Positions 26,411 to 41,939 of a stretch of 64,000 nt of DNA are shown here, piece after piece. Within the stretch, counting starts at the first letter, position 1. Each line of letters begins with the position of its first letter. The notes beneath the pieces were generated by a model. It was not told the origin of the DNA, ran no database searches, and saw only the letters and a program-made list of their open reading frames with translations. This DNA comes from the human T2T-CHM13v2.0 reference genome, Homo sapiens, in assembly GCF_009914755.1 (NCBI RefSeq), contig NC_060925.1; one strand, given 5' to 3'. A program made the translations under genes and the position numbers.

Positions 26411-27540
26411 GAAGGGGAATGTGGTCTGTTTAAATTGCTGATTCTATTATCATCTCCCTTTCCCCTCCAATGCCCTCTGAGTGGCAAACACCCAGCTGCT
26501 GACTTTTTCTCTCATGGGATGCTTTTTTACTTTCTTTATAGACCACTAGAAACCTCAATATCTTACCATGGGGTATTGTCTAGTGAGTTTGGCAAAGTAC
26601 TTTCACGACAGCTCTGGCTTCTTTTCAGGCATGGGAATTCACAAACCCTTGCAACCTCCTTACTTGAGTAAATAGAAAAAAATGCTAAAATAAAGAGTAT
26701 ATGGAAGAGACAATTGATGACTGGCAAGAACTCAAATAATGAGAACAAGTTTCTTCTCTAAATAATCAGTTTTGAAATCCACAAATGCGTCAGAGTAGAA
26801 ATAGAGTCACCTGAAGAAATACAACTCACAGGGTAGTTATGGAAGGTATTAACATAGCTGAAAAAATAATATGCTAAAAGATTATAAGAATAGAATTATA
26901 GGAAAAGTCACCGGCAAAATTTGGCAATAACCATCCAAGAATGGGCAATTTTATTTTCTTCTTTGGTTAATGGACATTTTCTCCTGAAAGCTCTGTTACC
27001 TTTGACATAATAAAATGCAATTTCTTATTAAGAAGTTGAAGAACTTAAAACGAGACATTTTAATTAATATCATAAACAAAATGAGGATAGGTCATGTGAC
27101 AGGTCAAAGAAAGTAAAGGAAAATCTGATGTGGCATTTCAGATCTAAAAATCCTCTCATGATCTTTTCCACTTTCTCCATCTCTTCCCTCATCTGCCTTC
27201 CCTATAGAGGACTGAAATACTAAGGAAGGTAAGAAACTTTAATCTTTGGATATTTCTTTCAAGGCATGACTCAAACAGCCACATTATACTCTTGTGTTAA
27301 TGTGTTATTGTGGCAAGTAATTGCATTTGTAATTTTTTTCTTACAGATCATAGACTATTCTACACACAGAAATTGTTGACTTAAAATGAGTTATTAATGT
27401 AGCAAAAGTACTACGATTTATGACATTATCCTAGTGCTATGCAGCAAAATAGTTGGAAAAAGTTGGAAAGATGGCAATTTATGTTGTAAAATAGCAAAAC
27501 ATTTCATAATACCGTAATAAGTCAGAAGACAGACAATGTA

Positions 27541-27908
27541 CAGGTTAGCATCCCTAATTCCAAAATTCAAAATCTAGAATGCTCCAAAAGCCAAAACTTT
27601 TTGAGCACAGACATGACGCCATAAGTGGAAGATTTCACACTTCACCCCATGCAATGGGTCATAGTCAAATGCAGTAAAAAATTTGTTTCATGCACCAAAT
27701 TATTAGAAATATTATATAAAATTACCTTCACATTATATGTGTAAGGTATATTTAAATCATAAATAAATAAATTTCGTATTTAGGCTTGGGTCCCAGCTCC
27801 AAGATGTCTCATTATGTATATGCAAATATTTTAAACAAAAGAAAAAAAAAGTCAGAAATTTGAAACACTTCAGGTCCCAAGTATTTTGGATAAGGGATAC
27901 TCAACCTG
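27541..27908 (+). mobile_element. Tigger4b/Zombi-type non-autonomous TcMar DNA transposon
   Basis: TIRs CAGGTT(G)AGCATCCCT / AAGGGATACTCAACCTG flanked by TA on both sides; ~370 bp. Confidence 0.9.
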
Positions 27909-27934
27909 TACATCCTGAATTTGTGTCTCTAGAT

Positions 27935-28153
27935 TAGGGTTTCTCAACAGAAGAACAATTAGCTTTTTGAAGCAGATAATTCTTTGTTGCAGGAGCTGCC
28001 CTGTGCAGATGATGACTTTAGGATGTTTGGCAGCAACCCTGTTCTCCATCCACTAGACACTGGTGTACCTTCCTAGTCTTAACTATCAGAAACGTTCTAC
28101 ACATTGCCAAATGTCCACTGGAAGACAAAATTTCTCCGAGTTGAGAACCACTA
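27935..28153. mobile_element. MER20 (hAT-Charlie MITE)
   Basis: TIRs TAGGGTTTCTCAAC / GTTGAGAACCACTA; 8-bp TSD CTCTAGAT / CTCTAGAG; 219 bp. Confidence 0.9.
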
Positions 28154-29468
28154 CTCTAGAGGAAGAGACTAGATATAATAGGACTATTTATATTGGCCAC
28201 TATTGACTTCCTTTGGTGAAGTATTGAAATAAAGAGACTGACTCGGGAAAAATTGACTAGTTTATAAGCAGAAATGAGAAGAAACAGAGAGACTACATAT
28301 TTGGAAGTTCCAAAGCTTGGAAAAGGTGAATTGTTCCTAGACCTCAGAGAGTAAGAGATGTTTTAAAAATATCTTGAGCATCAAAGCCTCAGTAAAACTT
28401 CTCAGAGGACAAAGAGGTTTAGTCCTATGAAAGAGATCAGATGAAGAATGTGATCTTTCCACCTTTTATTTCAGATAGCCTAAAGGTATTCCTTATAATA
28501 CCAAAAAAAGAGGATCAGGAAAGCTACAAGAAAATAAATCAATTTGGTTTGATTATTATGTCTAAGAACAAACTTTGGGTATGCTTACTGGCATATGAAG
28601 TTGACTAAATGCGAATAGATAAGACAATTCCTAAGTTTTTCATTAAATTACATCTCCCCACTCCAGCAAAAACAAAGCAAAAACAAAAACATGAACCTAG
28701 ACCAAAACAAACTACTGGCTCCCAAGCTTGCTCCAGCAGTAAGCAGGTCATACAAACTCTTCTATTCCCAGAAAAGGCAACCTCTGCAACACTGACTTCA
28801 GATATAACCAAGGAAAATGATAAACAAAGAAGTTACAGCCAAGAACCATGGAAAACAATGGGCAAGCATATCAAAAAGAGAAATCAGAGTTTAATTGAGG
28901 GGGAATGTCCTTGTTTATTTTTACATAAAAATATTCCATTTTATATAAAAATATGTATATTACACCCACACACATGCGTGTACATACACACACAGAGATA
29001 CATTCACACACTCACTCACATGCTTCTATACCTATGAATTTTAAATTTACTCACTTTAAAATTAGTAATCATGACTCCTAAGAGTACTAGTATATCAAAT
29101 CTTCCCAACCCTGCACAGGTTTCAGTGGTCATGTGTTGTTATTTTAGGCACAGTCGTGATACCATTTGTTAGTCTACAGTGTGTTTGTTCTATTTGAGAC
29201 AGTTTTATTGTCATTTTAATTTTTTAAAAGAAAACAAAGACAAAAATATTTTTGAAAAAACTTGGAAAACTATTAGAAACAAGCAAGACAGGTCAGAACC
29301 ACTACTATCAACGTTTGCAGTTCTTGTAAAATTTAATTATACATGCATATTTTTACATTGGCAATTTATAAAATGCCAATTATCTCAGTGTATATTTATA
29401 AGATACAAAACTAAAAAAATGCACATTGAAGCAAGTGATACAAATAAATACAAAATTAAGATACTTTC

Positions 29469-29844
29469 AGTATTAGTGCAATTTCACACTGCTATAAGGA
29501 ACTGCCCGAGACTGGGTAATCTATAAAGGAAAAAGTTTAATTCACTCACAGTTCTGCATGGCTGGGGAAGCCTTAGAAAACTTACAATTAGGGTAGAAGG
29601 TGAAGGGGAAGCAAGCCACCTTCTTCACAAGACAGCAGGAAGGAGAATGAACTCAGGAGGAACTGCCAAACACTTATAAAACCATCAGCTCTCATGAAAA
29701 CTCACTCACTATCATGAGAACAGCACGGGGGAAACTGCCCCATGATCAAATACCTCCACCTGGTCTCCCCTTTGACATGTAGGGATTATGAGAATTATAA
29801 TTCAAGATCAGATTTGGGTGGGGACACAAAGCCTAACCATATCA
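29469..29844 (-). mobile_element. Solo THE1D-like LTR
   Basis: GTATTAGTGCAATTTCACACTGCTATAAGGAACTGCCCGAGACTGGG...GCCTAACCATATCA. Confidence 0.9.
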
Positions 29845-30374
29845 TTTTTCTCCCCAATTCTCTGAACTTCTAATGTTTCTTGTTTAAATCAATATTAATA
29901 ATCTTGTTTTTTTCTGCTCATTTCTTCAGGTTCATAAAAACATATTAAACAGATGAGAAAGAAAGAGCAGGTGTGAGAGAGATTTCTGGGTTTTGTTTTA
30001 TTTTGTTATTATTATTATTAGTTTTGCTATTTTTGTGTTTGTGTTTTTACAAAGTGGTATCTGGGCTGATTATTCAACACTTGTTCCCTGTGTCCCTCAC
30101 ATATTCTCTGTTCTCTGCTCAGTGGCCTGGGAGACTGAACTCTGCTGATTGCATCGATTGCCTTACTAGGGTTTGGCTTGGGAAAGGCATTGGAAGACAA
30201 CCAGAAGGAGGAGATTTTATGTCCCCTTTGTATCCCTTTTCCCAACCACAGTCCCTTCCTACATTGCGGCCATTCTGGCTGAGGCCAATGTTCCTGTTTT
30301 TCTCTTTCACACGTGGGAATGGCACTGACTCTCTTCTGCTGTTCCTGGGTGCCTTATCATCCTTTGTTGGCTCC

Positions 30375-32962
<2,588 letters not shown>

Positions 32963-32995
32963 GCTCCCTTACTTTTGCCCTCTCCTAGGTAAATA

Positions 32996-34161
32996 CAGTC
33001 ATGCATTGCTTAACAACAGGAATATGCTCTGACAAATGTGTTGCTAGGCAATTTTGTCACTGTGTGAACATCATAGAGTGCACTTACACAAACCTAGATA
33101 GTAGAGCCTACTACATACCTAGGTTACATGGTATAGCTTATTGCTCTTGAGCTACAAACTGTACAGCATATTACCACACTGAATAGTGTTGGCAATTGCA
33201 ACCATGGTTACTATTTGTACATCTAAACATACCTAAACATAGAAAAGGTACAATGAAATACTACATAAAACATTAAAAAATTAAACCTGTTTAGTGCACT
33301 TACCATGAATGGAGTTTGCAGAACTGGAAGCTGCTCTGGGTGAGTGAGTGGTGAGTGAAAGTGAAGGCCTAGGACATTACTGTATACTACGATAGACTTA
33401 ACAAACTCTGTGCACATAGACTACACTAATTTTATTTTTTAAAACTTTCTTGAATAGTAAACAAATTGCTGAAATTTTTTATTTTATAAACTTTTTCATT
33501 AAAATTGTTTTTACTCTTTCATAATGACACAAACACATTGTACAGCAGTACAAAATATTTTCTTTCCTTATTCTATAAGCTTTTTTCTATTTTTTGAAAT
33601 TTTTTATTCTTTTTTACTTTTTAAATGTTTTTTGTTAAAAGCTAAGACACAAAGAGACATTAGCCTATGCCTACAGACAGTCAGAATCATCAATAGCAGT
33701 GTCTTCCCTCTCTACATGTTGTTCCACTAGAAGGTCTTCAGGGGCAACAATACACAGAAATTTATCATCTATGAGAATAATACCTTCTTTTGGAATACCT
33801 GCTGAAGGACCTTCCTGAGGCAGTTTTACAGTTAACTTTTTGTATATGTAAGTAGAAGAATTATACTCTAAAATAACAAGAAAAAAAGTACATAAACCAG
33901 TACCAGTCATTTATTATCATTATGAAGTATTATGTACTGTACATAATTGTAGGTACCATATATTTTATGACTGGCAGCATGGTAGGTTTGTTTACACCAA
34001 CATCAGCGCAAGCATGTGAATAATGCCTTGCTCTATGATGTTCTGACAGCTACACCACCAGTAGGTGATAGGAATTTTTCAGTTTCGTTACAATCTGATG
34101 AGACCACCATTATATATGTGGTCCATTATTGACCAAAATGTCTTTATGTGGCACATGACTG
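32996..34161 (+). mobile_element. Tigger3b/Golem-type DNA transposon
   Basis: TA-CAGTCATGCATTGCTTAAC ... GTGGCACATGACTG termini; ~1.17 kb, typical internal sequence (ACACAAACCTAGATAGTAGAGCCTACTAC). Confidence 0.88.
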
Positions 34162-34449
34162 TGGTTCCTCATCACATACTCATCAATTAAACTGTAGGAG
34201 TGTGCTGTTTCTTGTTGGGTCCATGAATAATATTTGTACTCATAATATACTACTGTGAATAACTTCCTACTGTGCCACTTTTCTTCCACTTAATTTATCA
34301 CAGACACTTTTCTAAGTCAGTGTCTATATCTTTAATTTATTGTTTATAATAGCTTTATTTTATTAATGTTTGTTATGTCTTATTCTAATTATTCCTTTAC
34401 ATTTTTCTGAATCATCTGGTTTTGGAAATATCTCTTTTAGATAGCATAT

Positions 34450-36847
34450 TGATGGCAGAAGCAGGCCATCCACAGCGGGAAGGTGCAGGTGGTGGTGGCA
34501 GAAGGAATTGTGACAGCAGCAATGGCAGCAGTGGGTCCCCTGTGCCCTGCGTTCCTGAGGCAGTGACCTGCATTCCCGAGGCAGTGACCTGCACTGACCC
34601 CAACCTTGTGTGGCCAGGTGGGACCCACCCCCAGGCCCGGAGCCTTCATGGCTCTGGCCCCTGGCCCCATGTCACAGCTCTCACCTGCCACTGCTGCAGG
34701 GAGAGTGTGGGGAGGAGGCAGAGCTAGGGATGCACTTTGGGGGCCCAGAGTGGGAAGTGGCAGCAGTGCCCGCTTCAGGGATCTGGCCAGCAGCATGGTC
34801 ACTGCGCCCTCCCTGCCAAGGGCTCCATGTATCTGCACCTTGGGAGGGAGCTCTGCACAGGGCAACCTGGGGCCCCATCCCTGGGGTCCACCCTGCATCC
34901 AGGTGACCACTGAATCTAACGCTCCCAACGGCAAGGCTTGGGGCCTGTGATCTGCTCCAGGAAGCACTCCCCATTGGCAGGGACAGAGCTGGGTGAGGGG
35001 ATGCTCCAGGCTGCCCCTGAGCACTGGGGTCACACAGGAAAAGCTCATGGAAATATTACCCCTGCCCCAAATGCAGACCCAAGCCCAAGGAGGACCTGGA
35101 GCCCCCTCCTCAGGCTGCAGGGGGGCACAGCCAGGTGCCAAACTTTACCAAGCTGGCAGGAGCAAGGGACAAGTGGGAGCCCCACCCCTTCCAAGTTGGT
35201 GGGGCGGGAGCTCCCCAGGCACAACTGCAGCTGCCTAAGCCACAGCTGCAACCTGGGCACCCCTGTGTTCTTAGGAGCTGGGAGCAGGCAGGAGCCCTCC
35301 CCTTCCAGGTGCCACTGCCTACTCTGCCACCGCTGTGGACCCAGGCATTTCTGCACTCTCAGGGGACCCATGAAGGCCCCCCTCCCCCTGCAGCCTCAGG
35401 GGTGTCTGTTCCCACTGCCTGACCTCTCCTCACTCTTAGAACCCACTCCAATCTTGGAGTAGGGATGGGGCTGGGCCCAGGTGCTGTCACAGCCTGACTG
35501 GGTATGTGAATGTCTGGGGCAGTAGTAACACATCAACTACCTCCTGCCTTGGCCCCCTCCAAACTTTGGGTGCTGACAAGCCTAGGAAAGGGAAAGCTGA
35601 GGGCGGCTCAGTGCTGGCCTGCAGGTCCCCCCTTGGCATGAGCAGCCTTGGCACTATGAACGGCAGCAGGAGGCAGACAGGCTGCTGTGCAGAAGGGGGC
35701 AGGTCCCTGGTGAGTCCCCACCTTCTGGCCAGGGAGAGCCTAAAGCCTGGGGGTTGGGCTGCCAGTCCCGCAGACTGGACTGGGGACATGTGGTGCCTTT
35801 TCTTGACCCACCAATGGCCTCCTATGGACCCACTGATGGACACTTCCTCCCCTCTGAGGTCCATAAAAGCCATAGGCTCAGCCAAAGCAGAGCAGAGGAC
35901 AGAGAGAGGATGGGATGACCAGCTGCAGAGAGGAGCTCTCCTTGCTGCTGAGAACTACAGATGACAGGATGACCTGCTGGAAGAGAGGAAGAGAGTCCAC
36001 CCACTCTAGGACCTCCTCTCTGCCAAGAACTGAAGACCATGGGATGACCAGCTGCAGAGAACAGATACTCTCTCTGCTGAGAACACTTGTTGGGACAACT
36101 TGCCTGATGAGAGTAGCCACCCTTTCTGGTAGGAGCTGAACACTTGTCAGAGCACCCCGGTTATGGAGAGGAGTTGCCCACTGTGGGTGTTCTCTGAGCT
36201 ATTGTATTGCTTAATAAAGCTCCTCTTCATCTTGCTCACCCTCCACTTGTCTGTGTACCTCATTCTTCCTGGTCTCAGGACAAGAACTCAGGGCCTGCTG
36301 AATGGTGAGGCTAAAAGAGCTGCTGTAACACAAACAGTGCTAAAACATGCCCCTTGCTTGCCACATTGCAGGTGAAGAGAAGAAGAGAAGAGCTGCAACT
36401 CTTTGGAGAGCCCAGACCTGGAAGCTCCCTGAGCCAGGACTGTGACTTCCCCTTTAAGCCCCTGTGGTTCCTGGCATCTCCAAGCTTCCAGGCATCACTG
36501 CATCCCCAGGTTCCAGCCAGGGATGTTGTTTGGCCTGGTCCAGCTGCAGCCCTGCAGAGAGCTGGCACCCCTGCCAGCATATGGAGCTGCCCACCCCGTG
36601 GCAGCAGTCAGCATGCCCCACTGTGCGGTGGCTGGACACCACACTCCCTCACACACCCCATGCTCCTCCACATCTGACTCCAGTCTTTCTTGGAGGTATG
36701 TGATCCAGGCTGGCAGTGTGAGCTGAGGGTAGCCTGCCAGATCAAGTGGGTGTAACAAGCCCAGCAGGCCCAAACAAAACTTGGGCAATGGTGCCACTGG
36801 CCACAGGTTTCCAGCCAGAAATGTGACACCCCAAAGATCCCGAAACA
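34450..36847 (+). mobile_element. MER52-family ERV1 solo LTR (long, MER52D-like)
   Basis: TGATGGCAG...CCCCAAAGATCCCGAAACA, GC-rich; perfect 4-bp TSD ATAT (34446-34449, 36848-36851); TATA-like ATAAAA 35863 and AATAAA 36213. Confidence 0.85.
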
Positions 36848-36950
36848 ATATAATGAATTTTTAATTTTTAACCTGAAAATCTTTGATGTTTTATTGGAGT
36901 ATATAGTCTGTTTACATTTATTTAATTTTTGATATCAACTTTATTGAGGT

Positions 36951-37310
36951 TGTATTAGTCTGTTCTCACACTGCTAATAAAGACAGAACTGAGACTGGGT
37001 AATTTAGAAATGAAAGAGGTTTAATTGACTCACAGTTCCACATGGCTGGGGAGGCCTCACAATCACAGCTAAAGGCAAATGAGGAGCAAAGTCACGTCTT
37101 ACATGGTGGCAGGCAAGACAGAGCTTGTGCAGGGGAACTCCCATTTATAAAACCATCAGGTCTCATGAGAATTATTCACTATCATGAGAACAGTGTGGAG
37201 GAAACTGCCCCCATGATTCAATTATCTCTACCTGGCCCCACCCTTGACATGAGGGGATTATTATAATTCAAGGTGAGATTTGGGTGGGGATACAGAGCCA
37301 AACCATATCA
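36951..37310 (-). mobile_element. Solo THE1C/D-like LTR
   Basis: TGTATTAGTCTGTTCTCACACTGC...GAGCCAAACCATATCA; perfect 5-bp TSD GAGGT. Confidence 0.93.
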
Positions 37311-38634
37311 GAGGTATAATTTGAAATCAATAAAATGCACATGCTTTAAGAGTACAATTCAATCCATTTAATCACCACCACAATTAGGATATAAAACATT
37401 TTCATGATTCCTAAAGATTCCTTGGTGCCCCTCCTAGTCAATCCCTACCCTCAACCGAAACCTAAACCCAGGAAACCATTGATCTGCTTTCTATCACTGT
37501 GTGTTAGACTGGTCTTTCCTAGAATTTCTTATAAATAAAATCATACACTGAACTCTTTTTTGTCTGGGTTGTTTTGGTCAGCATAATGCTTTTGAGATTC
37601 ATTCATGTTTTTTGATGTATCAGTGACATTCCTTCAAGGGTAGGTAGGATTGTATTTTACAGATACCCAATTTATTTTTCCTTTCACCTGTTGATAGAAA
37701 GTTGAGTTGTTTCTAGTTTGGGCTAATATGAATAAATCTCTTGTGAACATTCTTGTGCAAGCATGGACATATATTTTAACTTAAGTAAACACCTTGAAGT
37801 ATTGTGGGATCGTATGTTAAGTGTATATTTAATTCCACAAGAAACTACCAAACTGTTTTCAAAAGTATTTGCAGTATTTTACGTTTCTACCCACAATGTA
37901 TGAGAATTTTAATTGTTCCATATCCTCACTAATAATATTCTCAATCTTTTAAATTTTAGCCATTCTACTGTGTGTGCAGTTTAGATTTGCATTAACCTAA
38001 TAATGATGATCATTTTTTCATGTTTTTGTTCACCTTTCATACTTATTTTGTATAGTATCTGTTCAAATCTCCTGTTTGTTTTTAAGTTGACATATTCTAA
38101 TTAGTTAATTGTAAAAATTATACACTTAACTTAAACATCTTTGTGAGATATATGTATTGCAAATTTTCTCTCCTAGGCTGTTCCTTGCCTTTTTACTTCC
38201 TTATTGAAATCTTTCAAACAGCAGAAGTTTTTAAATTTGATGAATTCCACTTTGATTGTTTTTACAGTTTATACTTTTAAAAATTCCATTCAAGAAAAAT
38301 GTTTCTTTATGAAAATTACAAATAATTTATTCTATATATCTTCCAGAAGTATTATAGTTTATCTTTTACATTTTGGTTGATGTTACATTTTGAGTTAATT
38401 TTTGTGCATGGTGTGAGGTAAGAATTAGAGTTTTAAAATTAATATGTAATAATTATAGATACGTGTGGGGTACATGGAATTTTTTTATGTGACTATCCAG
38501 TTGATCCAGCACCATATGTTGAAAGTATAAATTATCTTTCTTATGGAATTACCTTAGCTTCTTTGTCAAAAATCAATTGGCCATATGTCTGTTGGTTTAT
38601 ATCTTGATTTCTTACACTTCCACTACCTGATGAG

Positions 38635-38833
38635 ATAACTCCAGCTACACATGACAATTTAAATTTACGTTATTTACAGTTAAATAAATCTTGAAATTTA
38701 GCTCCTTAGTCCCAAAAGCCACATTTCAAGTGCTCAATAGTCACACCTAATTAATGAGCTAATTAGGACTTTATTAGGCAGGATAAATATAGAATATTTG
38801 CCACATCACAGAAAGTTCTGTTGGATAGGACTG
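38635..38833. mobile_element. MER33/MER3-like hAT MITE fragment
   Basis: AGCCACATTTCAAGTGCTCAATAG..CACAGAAAGTTCTGTTGGATAGGACTG. Confidence 0.65.
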
Positions 38834-39977
38834 CTGTCTGGTGTCCTATTATCACATATATATACATACATATCCTTAAGCAAGTATCATACTGACTTAA
38901 TTAGTACAGGTTCATAGTAAGTCTTGAAATAAGGCAAAACAATTTTTCAACATTTTACTTTTCCAAAATCATTTTGGCTATTCCACATTCTTTGAATTTT
39001 TATATTAATTTTAGAATCATTTTGTCGATTTCCATACATAAAAAAAGCCTGCTGGTAGTTTGACTGAAATTGAACTATAAAGAATTTGAAACTATAAACA
39101 AATGTGGAGAGAACTGACATATTAACAATATTAAATCTTCCTCTTCATGAACATAGTATATTGCTCCATTTGTTTAATTCTTTATTAATTTCCCTCAGCA
39201 ATGTTTTGTAGTTTTTAATGTACAGGTCTTGTACGAATATTTTAAAAATTCATTCTCAAGTATTTCACATATCTTGATGCTATCATAAACATTTTAAAAG
39301 TTTTTTCTAAATTTGATATCTCATTATTTGTGGTACATATATAGACAATATTGATTTTTAAATATTGATCTTGTATCTTGTAATCTTGTTTAGTTCACTT
39401 GTAAGTAGTTTTTTGATAGCTATGTTAACATTTCCAACATACTTGATTATGACTTTTGTGAATAAAGAGAGTTTTACTGCTTTTTAATTTGATATGCCTT
39501 TAATTTCTGTTTCTTTACTTATTGCTCTAAATAGAATGTCCAGTAAAATAAAGACAAGGAATGGTCTGAACACATATCTTTGTTCTCAATTGTAGAAGAT
39601 CATTTAGACTTTTACCATGAAATATGATGTTAGCTCTATATCTTTTTTTTGTAGATGCTCTTTATTAGGTTTAGGAAGTTTACTTTTATCTCAATTTGCT
39701 AAGAGGCCTTATTATTTATGGGTGATATATTTTTTTAAATGTTTTTGCTTTGTCTATTGAAATGATTATACAGTTTTCTCCTTAATCCTGTTAATGTGGC
39801 AAATTACATTGATTGATTCATAAATATCAAACCAATCACTTGTTTCTGGGATAAATCCTACGTGGTCCTGGTGTATTACCCTTTTTATATATTTTTGCAT
39901 TTGACTTTTGAGCTCATGAGAGATATTGAACTGTAATTTTGATGTCTTTTGTTTTTGTATCAAGGTCATGCTGACGG

Positions 39978-40400
39978 AGGTGGGTAAACTCTAAAATGGT
40001 CCCAATAAACACTACCTCCTATTACTCATTCCCTTATGTAATTTCCTCCCATTAAGTGTAAGCTAGATTTAGTCATTGCTTCTCAAAAAATAGAATAAGG
40101 CAGAAATGCTAGGATGTCACTTCTGAGATTTGATCATAAAAAGACTATGACTTCCATCAGGGGTAATCTCTTCTCTATCTCATATAGCTTGTACTGGAGG
40201 GGCTATATCTGTGAGTCCGGAACATCAGTGAGTTTGGAAGCACATCTTCTGAGCCTCATGATATCTATGTAAATGAATTTAGAAGCAAATCAGCTCTGAG
40301 TCGAACCCTGGGATGCCTGCTGATCTAGCCAAAGATCTTGCTTATAGTATTACATGAGATTTTTTATTCTATTTTTATGCAGCAACAGATACTTAATCCG
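39978..40400 (+). mobile_element. MLT1E/F-like LTR
   Basis: ACTCTAAAATGGTCCCAAT..GGATGTCACTTCTGAGATT..ATGCAGCAACAGATAC. Confidence 0.65.
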
Positions 40401-40741
40401 TTGACATAATAAAATGAACAGGTAAGTATTCTTTCTTTTTCTACTTTTTAAGAGTTTGTGTAGGATTAAATGATTGATAGAATTCACTAGTTAAGTCATC
40501 TGGGCTTGCAGTTTTCTTAATGGGGAAGTTTTTAATTGCAAATTCAATTCATTTAATGTAGCATTATTCAGCTTTCTATTTTCTCATGAATCAGATTTGG
40601 CAATCTGTCATTCAAGAAATTTGTGCATCTTATCTAAATTGCCTAATATATCAACAAAAAGTTATTCATAATATTCTTTTATTATTCTTTTAAGGCTTGT
40701 AGTTTCTCTAATGATTATCCCTCTTACATTTTGAATTTTGA

Positions 40742-41150
40742 AGTTATGGACTGAATTGTGTCCTCCCAACATTTATATGTTGAAGCATTAATCCCAAATG
40801 TAATAATATTTGGAGGTGGGTGTTTTGGGAGGTATTTAGGTTTGGGTGAAGTCAAGAAGGTGGGTCCCTCATGATCAGATTAGTGCCCAAATAAGAAGAG
40901 ATACCAGAGACATTGCTTGCTCTCTCTCTCTCTCTGTCTCTGTCTCTTTCTCTCTCTCTCTCTGCTATATGAGGACACAGTGAGAAAGTGGCCATCTGAA
41001 AGCTAAAAAGAGAGGCTTTGCCAGACAACCAAATCAGCTGTCACCTTGATCTTTAACTTTCCAGCCTCCAGAGCTGTGAGAAATAAATTCCTGTTATTTA
41101 AGCCACCCAGTCTGTGATTCTTCTGTTATGGCAGCCTGAAATGACTAACA
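40742..41150 (+). mobile_element. MLT1A/B-like LTR with internal (CT)n
   Basis: GTTATGGACTGAATTGTGTCC...AGAAATAAATTCCTGTTATTTAAGCCACCCAGTCTGTG..GGCAGCCTGAAATGACTAACA. Confidence 0.85.
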
Positions 41151-41939
41151 TAATTAGTAATTTGAGTCTTCCTATTTTCTCATTCAGCCTAGCTAGAGGA
41201 TTATCACTTTACTGATTCCTCCAAGAATCAGCTTTTGGTTTCATTAATTTTCTTTATTGTTTGTTTGTTTGTTTTTTAGTTTATTTCTACGTTTATCTCA
41301 ATTATTTTCTTCCTTTCCATTTACTGAGTGTTTAATTTGATTTTCTTCCATAATCTCTTAAGATGGAAGCCTAGATTATGGATTTGAGCCTTACTTTTTT
41401 TCTACACTAAATGTTTGAAACTCTGAATTTTCCTTTAAGCATGGCTTTAGATGCATCTGTCCCCAGATTTTCATATGTCATGTTTTAACATCAATTTAAT
41501 CAAAAATGTTTCCTCAATTCTTTCTTGATTTCTTTTATGACTCACTAATTGTTTAGTAGTATACTGTTTAATTTTCAAATGTGTGTGATTTTTTTCCACC
41601 TTTTTTTTATTGTTGATATATAATTTAATTCTGTTCTGGTCAGAACACACTCTGAATGAATTTAATGTTTCCAAATGTATTGGAACTTGTTTTATTCCCT
41701 AACATATTGTTTGTAATGGTGAATGATCCATATGCACTTGTTATTATTGGGGGCAGTGCTCCATTTATGTCAGTTACATTAGTTGAAAGTGTTCATTATG
41801 TCACCTATGTCCTTAGTGATTTTCTGTCTACTTGTTCTGCCAATGACTGACAGAAAAGTTTCAAAATCTTGAACTGTAATTTTTGATTTTTCAATTTTTT
41901 ATATACTTTTGCCAATTTTATGTGTATGCATGTGTGTGT

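Larger units (their letters stand above)
36920..41930 (-). mobile_element. Old L1M (3' UTR to ORF2), fragmented by THE1, MER33 and MLT1 insertions
   Basis: Antisense L1 3' end CAACTTTATTGAGGTATAATTT; ORF 39766-39969 (YIKRVIHQDHVGFIP..WFDI..SINVICHINRIK) is L1 RT. Confidence 0.8.

Noticed and set aside
28180-28620. Possible MLT1 internal fragment
   Set aside because: Resemblance too weak to support without an alignment.
35911-36180. Spaced repeats as a CRISPR-like array
   Set aside because: Degenerate LTR-internal tandem units in primate DNA, with no constant repeat/unique spacer structure and no cas genes.
34412-36848. Dense overlapping ORFs up to 234 aa
   Set aside because: All lie in a GC-rich LTR where stop codons are rare; they occur in all frames on both strands, with no recognisable domain.
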